From NCBI RefSeq assembly GCF_006345805.1, contig NC_043016.1, positions 2,976,001 to 3,040,000 on the forward strand: 64,000 bases of DNA. Direction: 5' to 3'. The notes under the pieces are model-generated. The model was not told where the DNA came from. It did no database searches and worked only from the letters and a program-made list of their open reading frames with translations. Position 1 is the stretch's first letter, and each line of letters starts with the position of its first letter. This DNA is from Octopus sinensis. Taxonomy: Eukaryota. Shown one piece after another: positions 1 to 13,657 of the stretch. The translations under genes and the position numbers were made by a program.

Positions 1-2479
1 TGGCGTCATAATTCTAGGGCGCTTCTGTTTGAATGTAGAATATAAATGACGAATGACATAAGGATTCATATCGTGTAATTTTACACGCGACAGCAGATAT
101 TACGTAATATGATTTAAAATGATATGTAAGATATGTAAGAGCAAATATAGAATATTTTTATGTTTGTTCGATCATGTTTGATCAATATTAATGAGATTTC
201 ACTCCTTACTTCTTGGTACTTGTTAACTGAAAATAAATTATTTATATTTTCATGTTTTTTGCTAATAGTAATTAAGAGTACATATGCAACATATAACTAT
301 GTTGAATTTTCTTCAACAAATCCGAAGTAAACGTTTTTTATTTTTCTGTAATATACTGAAATAGATCTGGAATCTTAGAATGTGATATACTCACAAGAAT
401 CCTTTTGAAGTTATTCTGCAAAATATATTCCGAAAAATCCTGAAATATATTCTGACAGAGTTAATTTACATCTTTGGTGTGCCTCGTAAATTTCCTAAAA
501 GGTAAACTAATTAGCGCATTGTATATAAGATTTCAAATAAATTCAATTTTAATCTAGACTCTTGAAATTTAATACATTAATGAAACTTCGAGAGTCGATG
601 ATTAGAATTTCATTATAGATGCCAAACACACTACATTACTGACAAAACAAGAGCTGAAAACAGCCAAACCATGGACTTGGTCTAATACTCTGTGTATGAA
701 GTTAATATGGATCGATTTAGCTGGCATATTTCAAGTCAAGTATGCCTAGCTGCCATTAAATATCACATGGTGGAACAAATCACAATAGCAGATTGTCCTC
801 GGTGTTGTTTAACACAGATATTCCTGATTCAATAGAACTATGGTCAATGTTATCATTTGCATTTTTCAACTTCCTTCTCATAGTACTACTAAAAACCTTT
901 ACGTCGCTCCCATTCCATAACAACATGGCAGAAAAGATAGGTTGTTAAGAGAAGATGCTCACGCTCGTTTTATAAGAACAAATGCGCTCTCGCAACAGTC
1001 TCACTCTCAGAAGTTTTGTTCTAGCTGGCGCACCAATCACAAGCTTATGTTTTTGTTTTCTGTGGTAAAGTTGTTGCCGCTTAGGTAGTTCACATCTTAT
1101 GCGTGTATATATCATCGATGAAAAGTGTAGCATTGTTTAGAGCACTCACATATTATAGCTTATCTGATGTGATCTACATAAACAATCCCAAATTCCATCT
1201 ATGAAACAAAACGAAACCGAGCTGACAAAAGTTTTAATAGATAACCATCATTTCAATCACTCCATGAGAATGTTTGAGTACATTCCAAAAGAAATTGATA
1301 GATAAGTATAGCCCACCAACAGAGATCACACAGTAATCAGCTAAGCAATTTTTAGTTTCTAATTAAAAGCTCAAGGTTTCCGTTTAATTTTTTTCCCCGC
1401 ACCTATTAGTCGGACTCACAAAATAGCATGCAGTATCTAGTTAAAAGCCATGAGCATTTGACTTTGAATATTGGGGTGTCAAGAGTGATCTTTCATTTCT
1501 TTTCAGTTAAATATATAGTTGATATGATCGACATAATGATACATTTATTCTCATAAATATTCTATTGTGTCTTGGCTGAAGATTACTGAGATACACTGGA
1601 AAAAAGGAAAGAAAAATGAAGATTTTCCTATGCATCAGAGTGGCATAGATGCATGTTTTGTCAATGTGATGATTTACGCCTTATATCATGATTTTTCAGG
1701 ATGTTATGCACTTTGCTCAGATACCATGATTTAATTTGTTTCTTCCAAATTGTATGATTTATCTAACTTTTCCTTTGTTTATTTCTTAGTTAATTGTAAA
1801 GAAAAGTTTGATCACACATATGACTAAATAAATAAAGATTGTGTATGTGTATATATATATATGTGTGTGTGGATGTATATATGTGCATGTGTGAATATGT
1901 GTGTATATGTGCATGCCTGTGTGTATGCATGCATGTATATGTAAATAAAACCATTTTGGACCAGCTTTCTCTCTAATATGTGTAAAAAGATAAGCTATCT
2001 AAAGAGTATAAGCAAGAAATGAATAAGAAAATAAAACAAAAGAAAAAAGACCAGAGCAAAACAAGAAAACATTAAGAAATATCATGGCTACAGCTCTATG
2101 TTATCTGATACTCAGAATATTTCGAGCTAGTAAAAAATATCTATTTAAACTAATGACTCCTAATTAGGCAAAAGTAAAACGTAAATGAACAAAGAAATGT
2201 ATGTGGAAGCAAAAGTGAAAAAGTAAGCAAGAAAATGAAACATAATCCATCGGTTTAAATAAGATTCCAAACCAATTCTATCTTCTTGGAGTGATTTGCA
2301 ATAACATGAAGTCAGGAAATTGCAGGTGTTGTTGAAAATTTAGCCGTATAATAAACATTTATTTATTTAATAGTAATGTCATATTTGTGAGTGATTATAT
2401 AATATATATATATATAATATAATAATATATATATATAATAACAATTAATAAATAAAACATATGCATACCTACATCTATA

Positions 2480-3130
2480 TGTATATATACATGCATATAT
2501 GGGTACAGGACACCACAAATAAACGTAGAACATAACGAGAAACGAAAATATAAAAACAAAACAAGGAAACGGACTTTTTTTAACAACGAATAAACAGAGT
2601 ACAAGACATACAACACAAAGAACCTTCCTCTTCTTCAGCTGCCCCTGTTTCGATTTATTGCGTGTTTCGAAGGTAAGGGTAGGACACGACTACTTTGAAA
2701 CAATCCTTCCCGCAAATCAAATTCAATAAAATTATTTTGCTTAGGGGTAAAAAGGGTGACAAGAACAGGGCAGTAAAAACAATACAAATAAAGATAAGAA
2801 CAGTACAAATAAAGATAAAAACAGTAAAAGACAGGACAAGGAGAAACAAACGATAAGGGCTTTTTCAGCCTAGACGGTGGAAAAATTCACTTGAACGTAT
2901 TCTGAAGAACGGCTTACGAGGACAGGAAATGCCGTTGTTGACTTGTTGAAGGCAGTAGACAGAAAACAAACCGATGTATTAGTATAACGCTCGGGAATAG
3001 AAAAAGTCTTTTACGTTTCGAGCCTACGCTCTTCTACAGAAAGGGGCACAGAAAAAACAAGGAGAGAAACAAGGAATAAAAAAATGTGTGTAGTGGCTAA
3101 CGATCTATAATGACGATATATATATATCGC
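2480..3130. mobile_element. Non-coding PLE-tail-like interspersed repeat
   Basis: Block GTACAGGACACCACAAATAAACGTAGAAC...CTTCAGCTGCCCCTGTTTCG recurs inverted at about 28590-28810 and direct at about 31870-32030; carries a hammerhead-like motif at 3008-3043. Confidence 0.5.
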
Positions 3131-3496
3131 GAAGACTTTTTCTATTCCTGAGTGTTATATAATACATCTGTTTGTTTTGTACACCACCTGTCTACGTCTT
3201 TTGTTTTTTTTTCGTAAACTCTCCCTATATATATATATATACATACATATATATATATTGTTATATTTCGGAATGGTCATATTGCCAGTTTAGCCAATAT
3301 ATATAGTTAATCCAAACATGGAAACACAAAGAAAAAGCACAACAAAGCGAGGACGTGGAACAAGTATAGTGTTATTGGACGCTCAGGAAGGAAGGAAAGA
3401 AGGAGGGTTTAAAGTTTCGAGCGGAAAAGGAAAGATCCAAAGAAGGGAAAACGGAGGAAAAAAATCGCCAACGGTACACACGCGGTCACATTTTGA

Positions 3497-3527
<31 letters not shown>

Positions 3528-3613
3528 TATTCGAGACAAAACCACTATTTTGCAAACAAACAAGGAAAGACTTAATCAATACATAAAATTTAAAATAAAT
3601 ATCAAAAAAACCG

Positions 3614-3656
3614 CCACTACAATCGTTTCTTGTCTTGATCGACAATCTTCAGGTGG
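3614..3656 (-). ncRNA. Minimal type-I hammerhead ribozyme (family A)
   Basis: Minus strand CCAC CTGAAGA TTGTC gatcaa GACAA GAAAC gatt GTA GTGG: canonical core, helix I CCAC/GTGG, 5-bp helix II, 1-bp helix III. Confidence 0.75.
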
Positions 3657-3899
3657 ACTTCCAATCTAAAAAATCAATATTTTAAAATATAAAATAATAA
3701 TTTTAAAATAATTAAAGTATGAATGAAAAAATATAAGTATATAATCCATATATAACCTATCTATAATCCATATATAATCAATATATAAACAATATATAAA
3801 CTAAAAAACCTATCAACAATTAAATATAAAATATAAAATATAAAATAAAAATATAAAATATAAAACAAAACAAAAAAAAATAATAATAATATAATAAAC

Positions 3900-6800
3900 T
3901 ATATATACACCACCCTACGCATATACCTATTATATATAACCAATCTACTACATACACTAAATCACACACCTATATATTATCCCTATACATACACATAAAA
4001 ATGTCTAGGCAACTATAAATAAATAAAATAGCTAAATACTTCAACACAATTCTTATTCATACTCCCACACACACACCACATACAACCCACATTCACGCTC
4101 AAGAAAACGGACATCACTCAAAACTATGAACGGAGAAATAGAATAAGTGGAATTAAAAATTATATTCACTTGGTAAAACGAACACTACTTAAAAATTATG
4201 AATGAAACAATGCAATAAAACAACAGACATCGCAAATAGACACAAATACTACAAATTCCTTATCAAACCTACCATGATAACCAAAACTCATAAAAACATA
4301 TAATGATAAAATCTCCCTTTACTAAACTCTATAACAAACCTATATAGCAATCCTCCCCCTAACCTAAACATTCACACACAATACACACACGTAAACCACA
4401 CACCCACGACATATACAAATACCCACACCACTTACACATACCAATACATACATATAACCCTCAACATATACTCCAAAAACCCACTCAACCCCACACAGAC
4501 AAATAAACACAAAATTATGAATGGATTCTTTTATAAAACTACCATGATAAGCTAAAACTCACAAACAGAAATGATAAAACCTCCCTTACTAAACACTAAA
4601 ACATACTTATATAGCAATTCCTTTAACCTATACATTCACACACAAAACCACTCGTAAACCACACACCCATAACAAATACAAACTCCCACCCCACTCACAC
4701 ACACCCACAAGTACATATAAGCCTCAACATATACACCAAACAAAATTACTTTACCAAGGACTTAACATATATATAAAAAGTATAACCGCTCTGGAAACGA
4801 ACATCTCTAAATTAATGAATGGAGAAATGGAATAAATGGAATTAAAATAAAATTCACGTAGCAAAACGAACACCACTCAACAATTATGAATGAAACATAT
4901 AATAAAACAACAACATCGAAAATAGACAAATTACTACGAATTCCCTAAAAAAACCATGATAAACCAAAACTCTTAAAAACATTAATGATAAAATCTCCCT
5001 TGCTAAACTCTATAACAAACCTATATAGTAATCCCCCTAACCTAAACATTCACACACAACACACACGTAAACACAGACCCACGACTATACACATACCTAA
5101 ACTAACTTATAACCTCCATATACACCAAAACCCACTCCCTCCCACACAGACAAATAACTCATACATCCCAAACCTAAATAACAAACCCATATACACATTC
5201 ACACACAAACACACAACACACGCAAAACACACACACAACAGATACATATACTCCCCTCATATACGCATATACATACTCACTAAACTCAATATATACAACA
5301 ATATTTACACACCCACACTCATACAGATAAATAAATTATACAACTAAAAACTCGCACACAATCTCATATACATAAACACTCCTATGAAAACAACATTAAA
5401 TACATTCGTAATTAACCAGAATATCAAAAATAACAATATGACATAAAGGTAAAAAACATACTACAATTCAGTGTCAAATTATGAAGTGAAATTAAATTCT
5501 TAGCCGTTAAAAAATCAAACCAAAATTACGTTACAATAGAAATAACTTATGTAAAAAAGACTAACAAACAACTTGCAGTAACCCAAACCCATTCTCTATG
5601 CCTACCTCACTACTACACTATTCCATTCACAATTCCAAACAACGCTAGTCCACCTCCCGGTTATTCACGTGGCAAAACGAACACCACTCAAAAATTATGA
5701 ATGAAACAATGTAATAAAACACCAACATCGAAAATAGACAAATTACCACGAATTCCCTAAAAAAACCATGATAAACCAAAACTCCTAAAACCATATAACG
5801 ATAAATCTCCCTTTGCTAAACTCTATAACAAACCTATATAGCAATCTCCCTAACCTAAACATTCACACACAAATACACACTCGTAAACCACAGACCCACG
5901 ACTTATACACATACCTATACTAACTTATAAACCTCAATATACACCAAAACCCACTCCTCCCACACAGACAAATTAACACATACATCCCAAAACCTAAATA
6001 ACAAACCCATATACACATTCACACACAAACACACACACACGCAAAACACACACACACAACAGATACATATACTCCCTCACATATACGCATATACATACTC
6101 ACTAAACTCGATATATACAACAATATTTACACACCCACACTCATACAGATAATAATTATACAACTAAAAACTCGCACACACTCATATACATAACACACCT
6201 ATGAAACCAACATTAATACATCGTAATTAACCAGAATATCAAAAATAACAATATGACATAAGGATAAATAAAATACATACTTACAATTCAGTGTCAAATT
6301 ATGAAGTGAAATTAAATTCTTAGCCGTTAAAAAGATCAAACCAAAATTACGTTACCATAGAAATAACTTATGTAAAAAAAAAAAAGAATACGCGTCATGG
6401 AAAGTAAACGTCATTTAAATTATGAATGGAGAAATAGAAAAATGGAACTAAAAACTATATCCACGTGGCAAACCAACACTACTTAAAAAAATTTATTATG
6501 AATGGATTCTTTAAAAAACTACCATGAAAAATCATAATATACATCTATGAGCTTTAGCTCACCTTAGCAGCTCTAACAAACAACTTGCAGTAACCCAAAC
6601 CCATTCTCTATGCCTACCTCACTACTACACTATTCCATTCACAATTCCAAGCAACGCTAGTCCACCACCCGTTATTCACGTGGCAAAACGAACACCACTC
6701 AAAAATTATGAATGAAACAATGTAATAAAACAACCAACACGAAAAAGAGACAATTACCACGAATTCCCTAAAATAACCATGATAACCAAAACTCATAAAA

Positions 6801-7790
6801 ACATATAACGATAAAATCTCCCTTTGCTAAACTCTATAACAAACCTATATAGTAATCCCCCTAAACCTAAACATTCACACACAAATACACCCTCGTAAAC
6901 CACAGACCCACGACTTATACACATACCTATCCTAATTTATAAACCTCAATATACACCAAAACCCACTCCCTCCCCACACAGACAAATTAGCACAAACATC
7001 CCAAAACCTAAATAACAAACCCATATACACATTCACACACAAACACACACACACACACACAAAAAAAAACACACACACACACAACAGATACATATACTCC
7101 CTCACATATACTCATATATATACTCACTAAACTCGATATATACAACAATATTTACACACCCACACTCATACAGATAAATAAAATTACAACTAAAAACTCA
7201 CACACAATCTCATATACATACACTCCTATAAAAACAACATTAAATACATCGTAATTACCAGAATATCAAAATAACAATATGACATAAGGATAAATAAAAT
7301 ACATACTACAAGTCAATTTCAAATAATGAAGTGAAATTAAATTCTTAGCCGTTAAAAAAAAACCAAACCAAAATTACGTTACCATAGAAATAACTTATGT
7401 AAAAAAAAAAAAAAAAAAAAAAAAAGAGAGAATACGCGCCATAGAAATTAAACGTCATTAAATTATGAATGGAGAAATAGAATAAATGGAACTAAAAAAC
7501 TATATCCACGTAGCAAACCAACACTACGTAAAACAATTTATAATGAATGGATTCTTTAAAAAACTACCATGAAAAATCATTATATACATTAATGAGCTTA
7601 GCTCACCCTAGCAGCTCTAACAACACCCTACAGCAACCCAACCTATTCCCGATGCCTACCTCACTACCACACTAATCAATTCCCAATTCCAAGCAACGCT
7701 AGTCCACCACCCGGTTACAATTCCCAACTCCACCCATTCATTCACAATTTCAACGACATTCGCCTCCACAACGCTACATATAAGCCTCAA
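3900..7790. repeat. Degenerate tandem array of C/A-rich, G-poor units (about 1 kb period, with shorter sub-repeats)
   Basis: Anchor CTAACAAACAACTTGCAG at 5561, 6573 and about 7617; sub-unit GATAAAATCTCCC near 4305, 4570, 4988, 5800, 6810; units end TTATGT(A)n. Confidence 0.85.
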
Positions 7791-8874
7791 CATATACACC
7801 GGAGATACACTTACACATCCGTGCGGATGGGTGAGAGTATACATTGAGTGTAGTGATGGGGCTCCCATTACTATACACATTTGTACCTGTGTGGTAGTCT
7901 CCATGTGTATATTACGCACGGGTATAAATGCAGGGGGTACACGCGCACGTCATTTGCGTGTACCCCTCACATGTACATATGCATGCTATTTGGGCTCGAT
8001 ATATGCAACAATGTAATCGCGCCCGCATACATGCATATGGGCGAATTGCACAATCAAACGCACATGTGTTGTGTGCGTTCCCTGGTTGTGCAATTCACTC
8101 ATCTGGGTGTGAGTGGGTGTAATCTTATCACTGTAGATGTCGAGCTTAATACGTATTTATATAAGTGTGTATTAGGGGGTTGTACGTATAATTGTGTGCA
8201 TGTGCTTCACGCACTTGCGTCCATATATGGATGAATATATTGGGATTACTATGTGGGTGTAAATTGGGTATGGAGGGGGGAATTTTGTCATTGTGGGTGT
8301 GGGTTTCATTTGTGATAGTGGTTAGTTGGTGATTTTTAGTATGTTCTGTATATTTGAGTTAGTTATGTATTATTCTAGTGTGTATAATTGTATACATATA
8401 ATTGGTGTGAATGGGATTACGCCCATTTTTGGGGATGTATGTGTTTATTTATCCATGTGGGGCGGGAGTGGCCGTTAGGTGTATATACCGAGGCTCACAT
8501 GCAATTCCAGGTACATCGAATGAAGTGGGCACTTATATTTGTTATGGGTGTGTGTACTTTATTATAACAGACAATACCCAATAAAATCTGTCAATTCAAC
8601 ATACCAAATAAAAACAAAAAACAAAGGGATCTTAAACATTCACACATACATACAAAACTCAATAAAAACACCACTAAATACACCCATAAACATATAAATA
8701 TATCCTCCAAATATATACATTAAAAATGAACTAATTAAAACAAAGAAATATAAATAAAGACTAAGTATAATTAAAGCCTAGACAACATAACCAAAAATAA
8801 TTATCTAAACTAATTTAAACTAAACTAAAGTAACCTAAAAGGGAACTATTATTGCTATTTATCATGAAACTTAT

Positions 8875-9985
8875 TATATAGGTAAAGTAACTTATGTCTG
8901 CATTTATTTTGCGCTCCTCGCCAGTATTAAGTAAATATCATACTTATAAATAAAATTTCTTTAAACTCATTAGAGCATAAATAACAACAATTAGCTCCTA
9001 TAGTATATGATTTAGTTTTACAAATTATTTCCCAAATTAAACTATAATTAATATTTAGTGATTTAAGACTCCAAATGTACTTACTAAGTCCGGTTGAGTT
9101 GATTAAGTTTTTATTTTTAAAAGAATTCATATGTTGTGCGATTCTTAGTTTTATTTTTGAGGAAGTAGAACCTATATAAACCGCTTTTTTGTAATTATTA
9201 TTCTTAAAGTTATTATCATGTAATGTAACTATACATTTATACACTACATCGTTAATATCACAATTATTATTTAATATACAATTAGATTTATCTCTACATG
9301 TACAATTAATATAAGTCTTATCATTATTAATATTATTATCAAATAATTTCTTTTTATAAAAATATTCAGTTTTATTTATTAAATGAAGAAATAATGTTAC
9401 CAACATTATTAGTGGTAGAGTAACCAACTCCAAAATTATTAAAAGAGAAAATGTTTCTATATTTACGATTATCTCTAATAAATAGTTCTTAACATCTAAA
9501 ATCTCTTTAATAATATTCGTTTTTACTTGATCTCCATAAGGAACTATTAACCAAATTTTATTCTTATTAACCTTATTATTATTATCATTATTATAAATAT
9601 ATTTATAATTCTTTATTTTTAAAATTATTATCAGAATTATCTATGTACAGCATTTAAGGAATTATTAATATTATTAAATTTATCAATATAATTATTATAA
9701 TTATTAAATTTATTTTTATTATATTATTCTTATTTATATATTATATTATTTTATTATTATTATTATTCTTATTTATATTTTTATCATTTTTATTATTTTT
9801 TTAAAAATATCTATTATTTTTTTTTTTTACCACTAAACCTAACAAATTATAATTATTATTAGAAGTATCTCGAAAATTAACAATTAAATCTTTATCACTA
9901 TATTATAAAATTTATTATTCCTATTATAACCTGCCCCTCTAAGGGCCTCATTATAATAATTAGCATGTTTATTAAAAATCTCTAT
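8875..9985 (-). pseudogene. PLE RT C-terminus plus GIY-YIG endonuclease remnant, very AT-rich
   Basis: CTCRDKSNC...VVYKC...YIGSTSSKIKLRIAQH...LSKYIWSLK...CYLC; upstream HANYYNEALRGAGY and KIWLIVPYGDQVKTNII align with the 33.7-34.7 kb PLE; frameshifted CRHK near 8895. Confidence 0.85.
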
Positions 9986-10920
9986 ATCATAAGAGAGTAA
10001 TGAAATAAGTATAGGTATGTGTATAAGTCGTGGGTCTGTGGTTTACGAGTGTGTATTTGTGTGTAATGTTTAGGTTAGGGAGATTGCTATATAGGTTGGT
10101 TATAGAGTTTAGCAAAGGGAGATTTATCGTTATGTTTTTAGGAGTTTTGGTTTTCATGGTTTTTTGGGAATTCGTGGTAATGTGTCTATTTTCGATGTTG
10201 GTTGTTTTATTACATTGTTTCATTCATAATTTTTGAGTGGTGTTCGTTTTGCCACGTGAATAACCGGGAGGTGGACTAGCGTTGTTTGGAATTGTGAATG
10301 GAATAGTGTAGTAGTGAGGTAGGCATAGAGAATGGGTTTGGGTCTGCAACTTGTTGTGTTAGTCTTTTTTTACATAAGTTATTTCTATTGTAACGTAATT
10401 TTGGTTTGATTTTTTAACGGCTAAAAATTTAATTTCACTTCATAATTTGACACTGAATTGTAAGTATGTATTTTATTTACCTTTATGTCATATTGTTATT
10501 TTTGATATTCTGGTTAATTACGATGTATTTAATGTTGTTTTCATAGGAGTGTTTATGTATATGAGATTGTGTGCGGGATATATATATAGGTGTGTGATTT
10601 AGTGTATGTAGTTAGATATGGTTATATATAATTAGGTATATGCGTATGGGTGTATATATAGTTTATTATTATATTATTATTTTTTTTTTGTTTTGTTTTA
10701 TATTTTATATTTTATATTTTATATTTTATATTTTATATTTTATTTTATATTTAATTGTTGATAGGTTTTTTTAGTTTATATATTGTTTATATATTGATTA
10801 TATATGGATTATAGATAGGTTATATATGGATTATATACTTATATTTTTTCATTCATACTTTAATTATTTTAAAATTATTATTTTTATATTTTAAAATATT
10901 GATTTTTTAGATTGGAAGTC

Positions 10921-10961
10921 CACCTGAAGATTGTCGATCAAGACAAGAAACGATTGTAGTG
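10921..10961 (+). ncRNA. Minimal type-I hammerhead ribozyme (family A, inverted copy)
   Basis: CAC CTGAAGA TTGTC gatcaa GACAA GAAAC gatt GTA GTG. Confidence 0.7.
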
Positions 10962-11133
10962 CGGTTTTTGGACTATTTATTAAAATTTTATGTATTGATT
11001 AAGTCTTTCCTTGTTTGTTTTGCAAAATAGTGGTTTTGTCTCGAATAATATTTTATAATATTTTACTATAAAATCGATTTAATCCTAAATCTGATTTTTT
11101 CCCTGTAAATTTGGATTTATTCCCTAATATTTA

Positions 11134-11180
<47 letters not shown>

Positions 11181-11201
11181 CTATATATATATATATATAT
11201 A

Positions 11202-11254
<53 letters not shown>

Positions 11255-11604
11255 ATATATAAGATATTGTATGTATATACATACATACAGAGAGAGAGAT
11301 GGATAGGTAGATAGATGTGTATGTGCATGCGCACGTACATGCATACGTACATACAAAGGTCAAATCGTAACTATAAGCCCGGCAATTTATGTATTTTGCT
11401 AGCCGAATCGTTAATGAGAAACTAGCTACGGCTTATTGTTTACCCAGTTCTAAAAAGATAATCATGATATGAGCTTGATGACTTCGTTCTCTATATAACT
11501 CTCTAAACGACAATCCTCAGGTTGTTCCTGTCAAGCCAGTGGTTATTATACGATATAAACTACACAATATATTCTCACATACATATTTAAACACGTACAC
11601 AGAC

Positions 11605-11640
<36 letters not shown>

Positions 11641-12078
11641 CGGACTGACAAAATTGCATGAAACTTATTGACTCTCTTTTCTTTGAGTTGAAAACTTTAA
11701 GGAACCCGATCATATTCCAACGAATTGATCAATTTTAAGATTCTGTCTGCGTGAATATGTACTTAGTGCTTGCTTTTTCTATGGGTATGAGTAAGTATTT
11801 CATTTATGTCTTACGTATTTATCGCTGACGAGAGGAAAATTCTTATGAATTAACGCCGAAATTGGGACCAATACGGTAATAACGGAATGTTTTAGAGATT
11901 TCTATCGGCATGTTTCGAGGCGCATAAATTATAACGGTTATTGAAAATTTTGTCTTTTTTTCGGCATATTTGGCATTAGAATTTTTCTCTTGCCCTTATT
12001 TTATAAGTTATTTATAAATTTAACCTTTAAAGGTATCTTTTGATATGCTGGCCATTGATAAAAAATGTTTATATATAT

Positions 12079-12121
<43 letters not shown>

Positions 12122-12139
12122 TAATATATATATATATAT

Positions 12140-12810
12140 ATCACCTGACAGGGAACCACTGAGTTGACGGCCAGAGCTTCAGACTTGAAGAGCACTGAAA
12201 TTCCTGTAGACTGTTTTGCCCTCAAGACATGTCAAATATCGGGGATTGTCTTTCAGTACACCTTTTACATCTACCTGAATAGACGTCTCCGGCCACGTTG
12301 GGCTTAGAAGCACATTTATAAAAATAGTTTTTTTCTTTTTAGTTGCTTCACCTCGACAAATATCTCTCCGGAGCATGTCCATCTTGAATAGCTCTGTTTT
12401 TGGTGTTGTTATCGTTGTTATTCGCAATATAATGATTGTTGTTAGTTCAGTTGTTTTTGTTTCTTCCGCTTTCCTAATTCTATTCGTTGGCAGAGAAAAT
12501 TGCAGTCGTGTTCGTAGACCTGTTATTTCTGGTGCAGATCAATGACTTGATATAGTCCAGTTTATCGCGAGGATTTCAACAATGTAATTTAAATTAATTC
12601 TTTGTGTTGTGATGTCGCTGGATTTGCTGCTGCTGTTCGTTGTCTTAGGGGTAATTTGGTCCGCTGAGCTTTGAACTTTGTGGATCCTAGCTCCCCTTTT
12701 ATTTGTGGATAAAAGAAGGAGGGAACTACCGCGTCTTGCCCCTGTCTATCAGAACTACCTCTTATTTCCGCTTTCATATCTTTCAGCAACACTGTCTGCG
12801 CCATGTTTGT
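12140..12810 (-). pseudogene. Degenerate ORF remnant, possibly retroelement ORF1-like
   Basis: GC-richer block with broken minus-strand frames starting AAACATGGCG; no diagnostic motif recognised. Confidence 0.25.
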
Positions 12811-13120
12811 TTATGGAATTAATTTTTTCGAAATAAAATGAATATTTTTATTTCGGATTTGAGCTCCTAAAGGGGTACAAACGGCAAGACCAGCCGAAAC
12901 CTACGCAACGTTGTGGTTCGATAACAGTTTGGTGACAAAATATCAACAAACAACATTTGGAGACAAAATCAAAGGCAAAAGACTTTTCAATAAACAAATG
13001 CGTGCATTCTCTAAGAACGAAAGAAAGACCAACAACAACAACAGCAACAACAACATCGACAACAACTATAATTATAATAATCTTTTCTACTAAAGGCAAA
13101 AGGCGTGAAATTTTGGGGCC

Positions 13121-13292
13121 GGGGACAAATCGATTACATCGACCCCAGTGCATAACTGGTGCTTATTTTATCAAGTCAGGAAGGATGAAAGGCAAAGTCG
13201 ATCTCAGCGGAATTCGAACTCAGAACGTAAAGACGAACGAATTTCGCGAAGCATTTTGCCCGGAATGCTAACGATTCTGCCAGCTCGCCGCC
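13121..13292 (-). mobile_element. tRNA-derived SINE family 1
   Basis: Head GGCGGCGAGCTGGCAGAATCG, B-box-like GAGTTCGAATTCC, body GCCTTTCATCCTTCC; many copies in window. Confidence 0.85.
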
Positions 13293-13299
13293 TTATAGT

Positions 13300-13655
<356 letters not shown>

Positions 13656-13657
13656 CT

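Larger units (their letters stand above)
3519..11056 (-). mobile_element. Composite Penelope-like retroelement with long repeated 3' tail and inverted tail copy at its 5' end
   Basis: 3519-3985 is the reverse complement of 10575-11056, and 5352-5925 of about 10006-10575; PLE ORF remnant at 8875-9985; hammerhead in both terminal copies. Confidence 0.75.

Noticed and set aside
780-1133. Minus-strand ORF 945-1133 and its in-frame continuation
   Set aside because: Internal stop, no convincing splice sites, no recognisable motif
2600-2670. GAAAC and CTGAAGA motifs (also near 28600 and 32040) as hammerheads
   Set aside because: Could not assemble helices I-III in a valid order; at most decayed remnants
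3900-7790. Repeat array as CRISPR, telomere or mitochondrial insertion
   Set aside because: No constant repeat with unique spacers, no cas genes, no TTAGGG arrays, no mitochondrial genes or tRNAs recognised
7790-8570. Simple ADAR hyper-editing of one foldback transcript
   Set aside because: The left arm shows plus-strand A-to-G but the right arm shows plus-strand T-to-C, and C-to-T changes also occur; a single edited RNA would give A-to-G on the same strand in both arms
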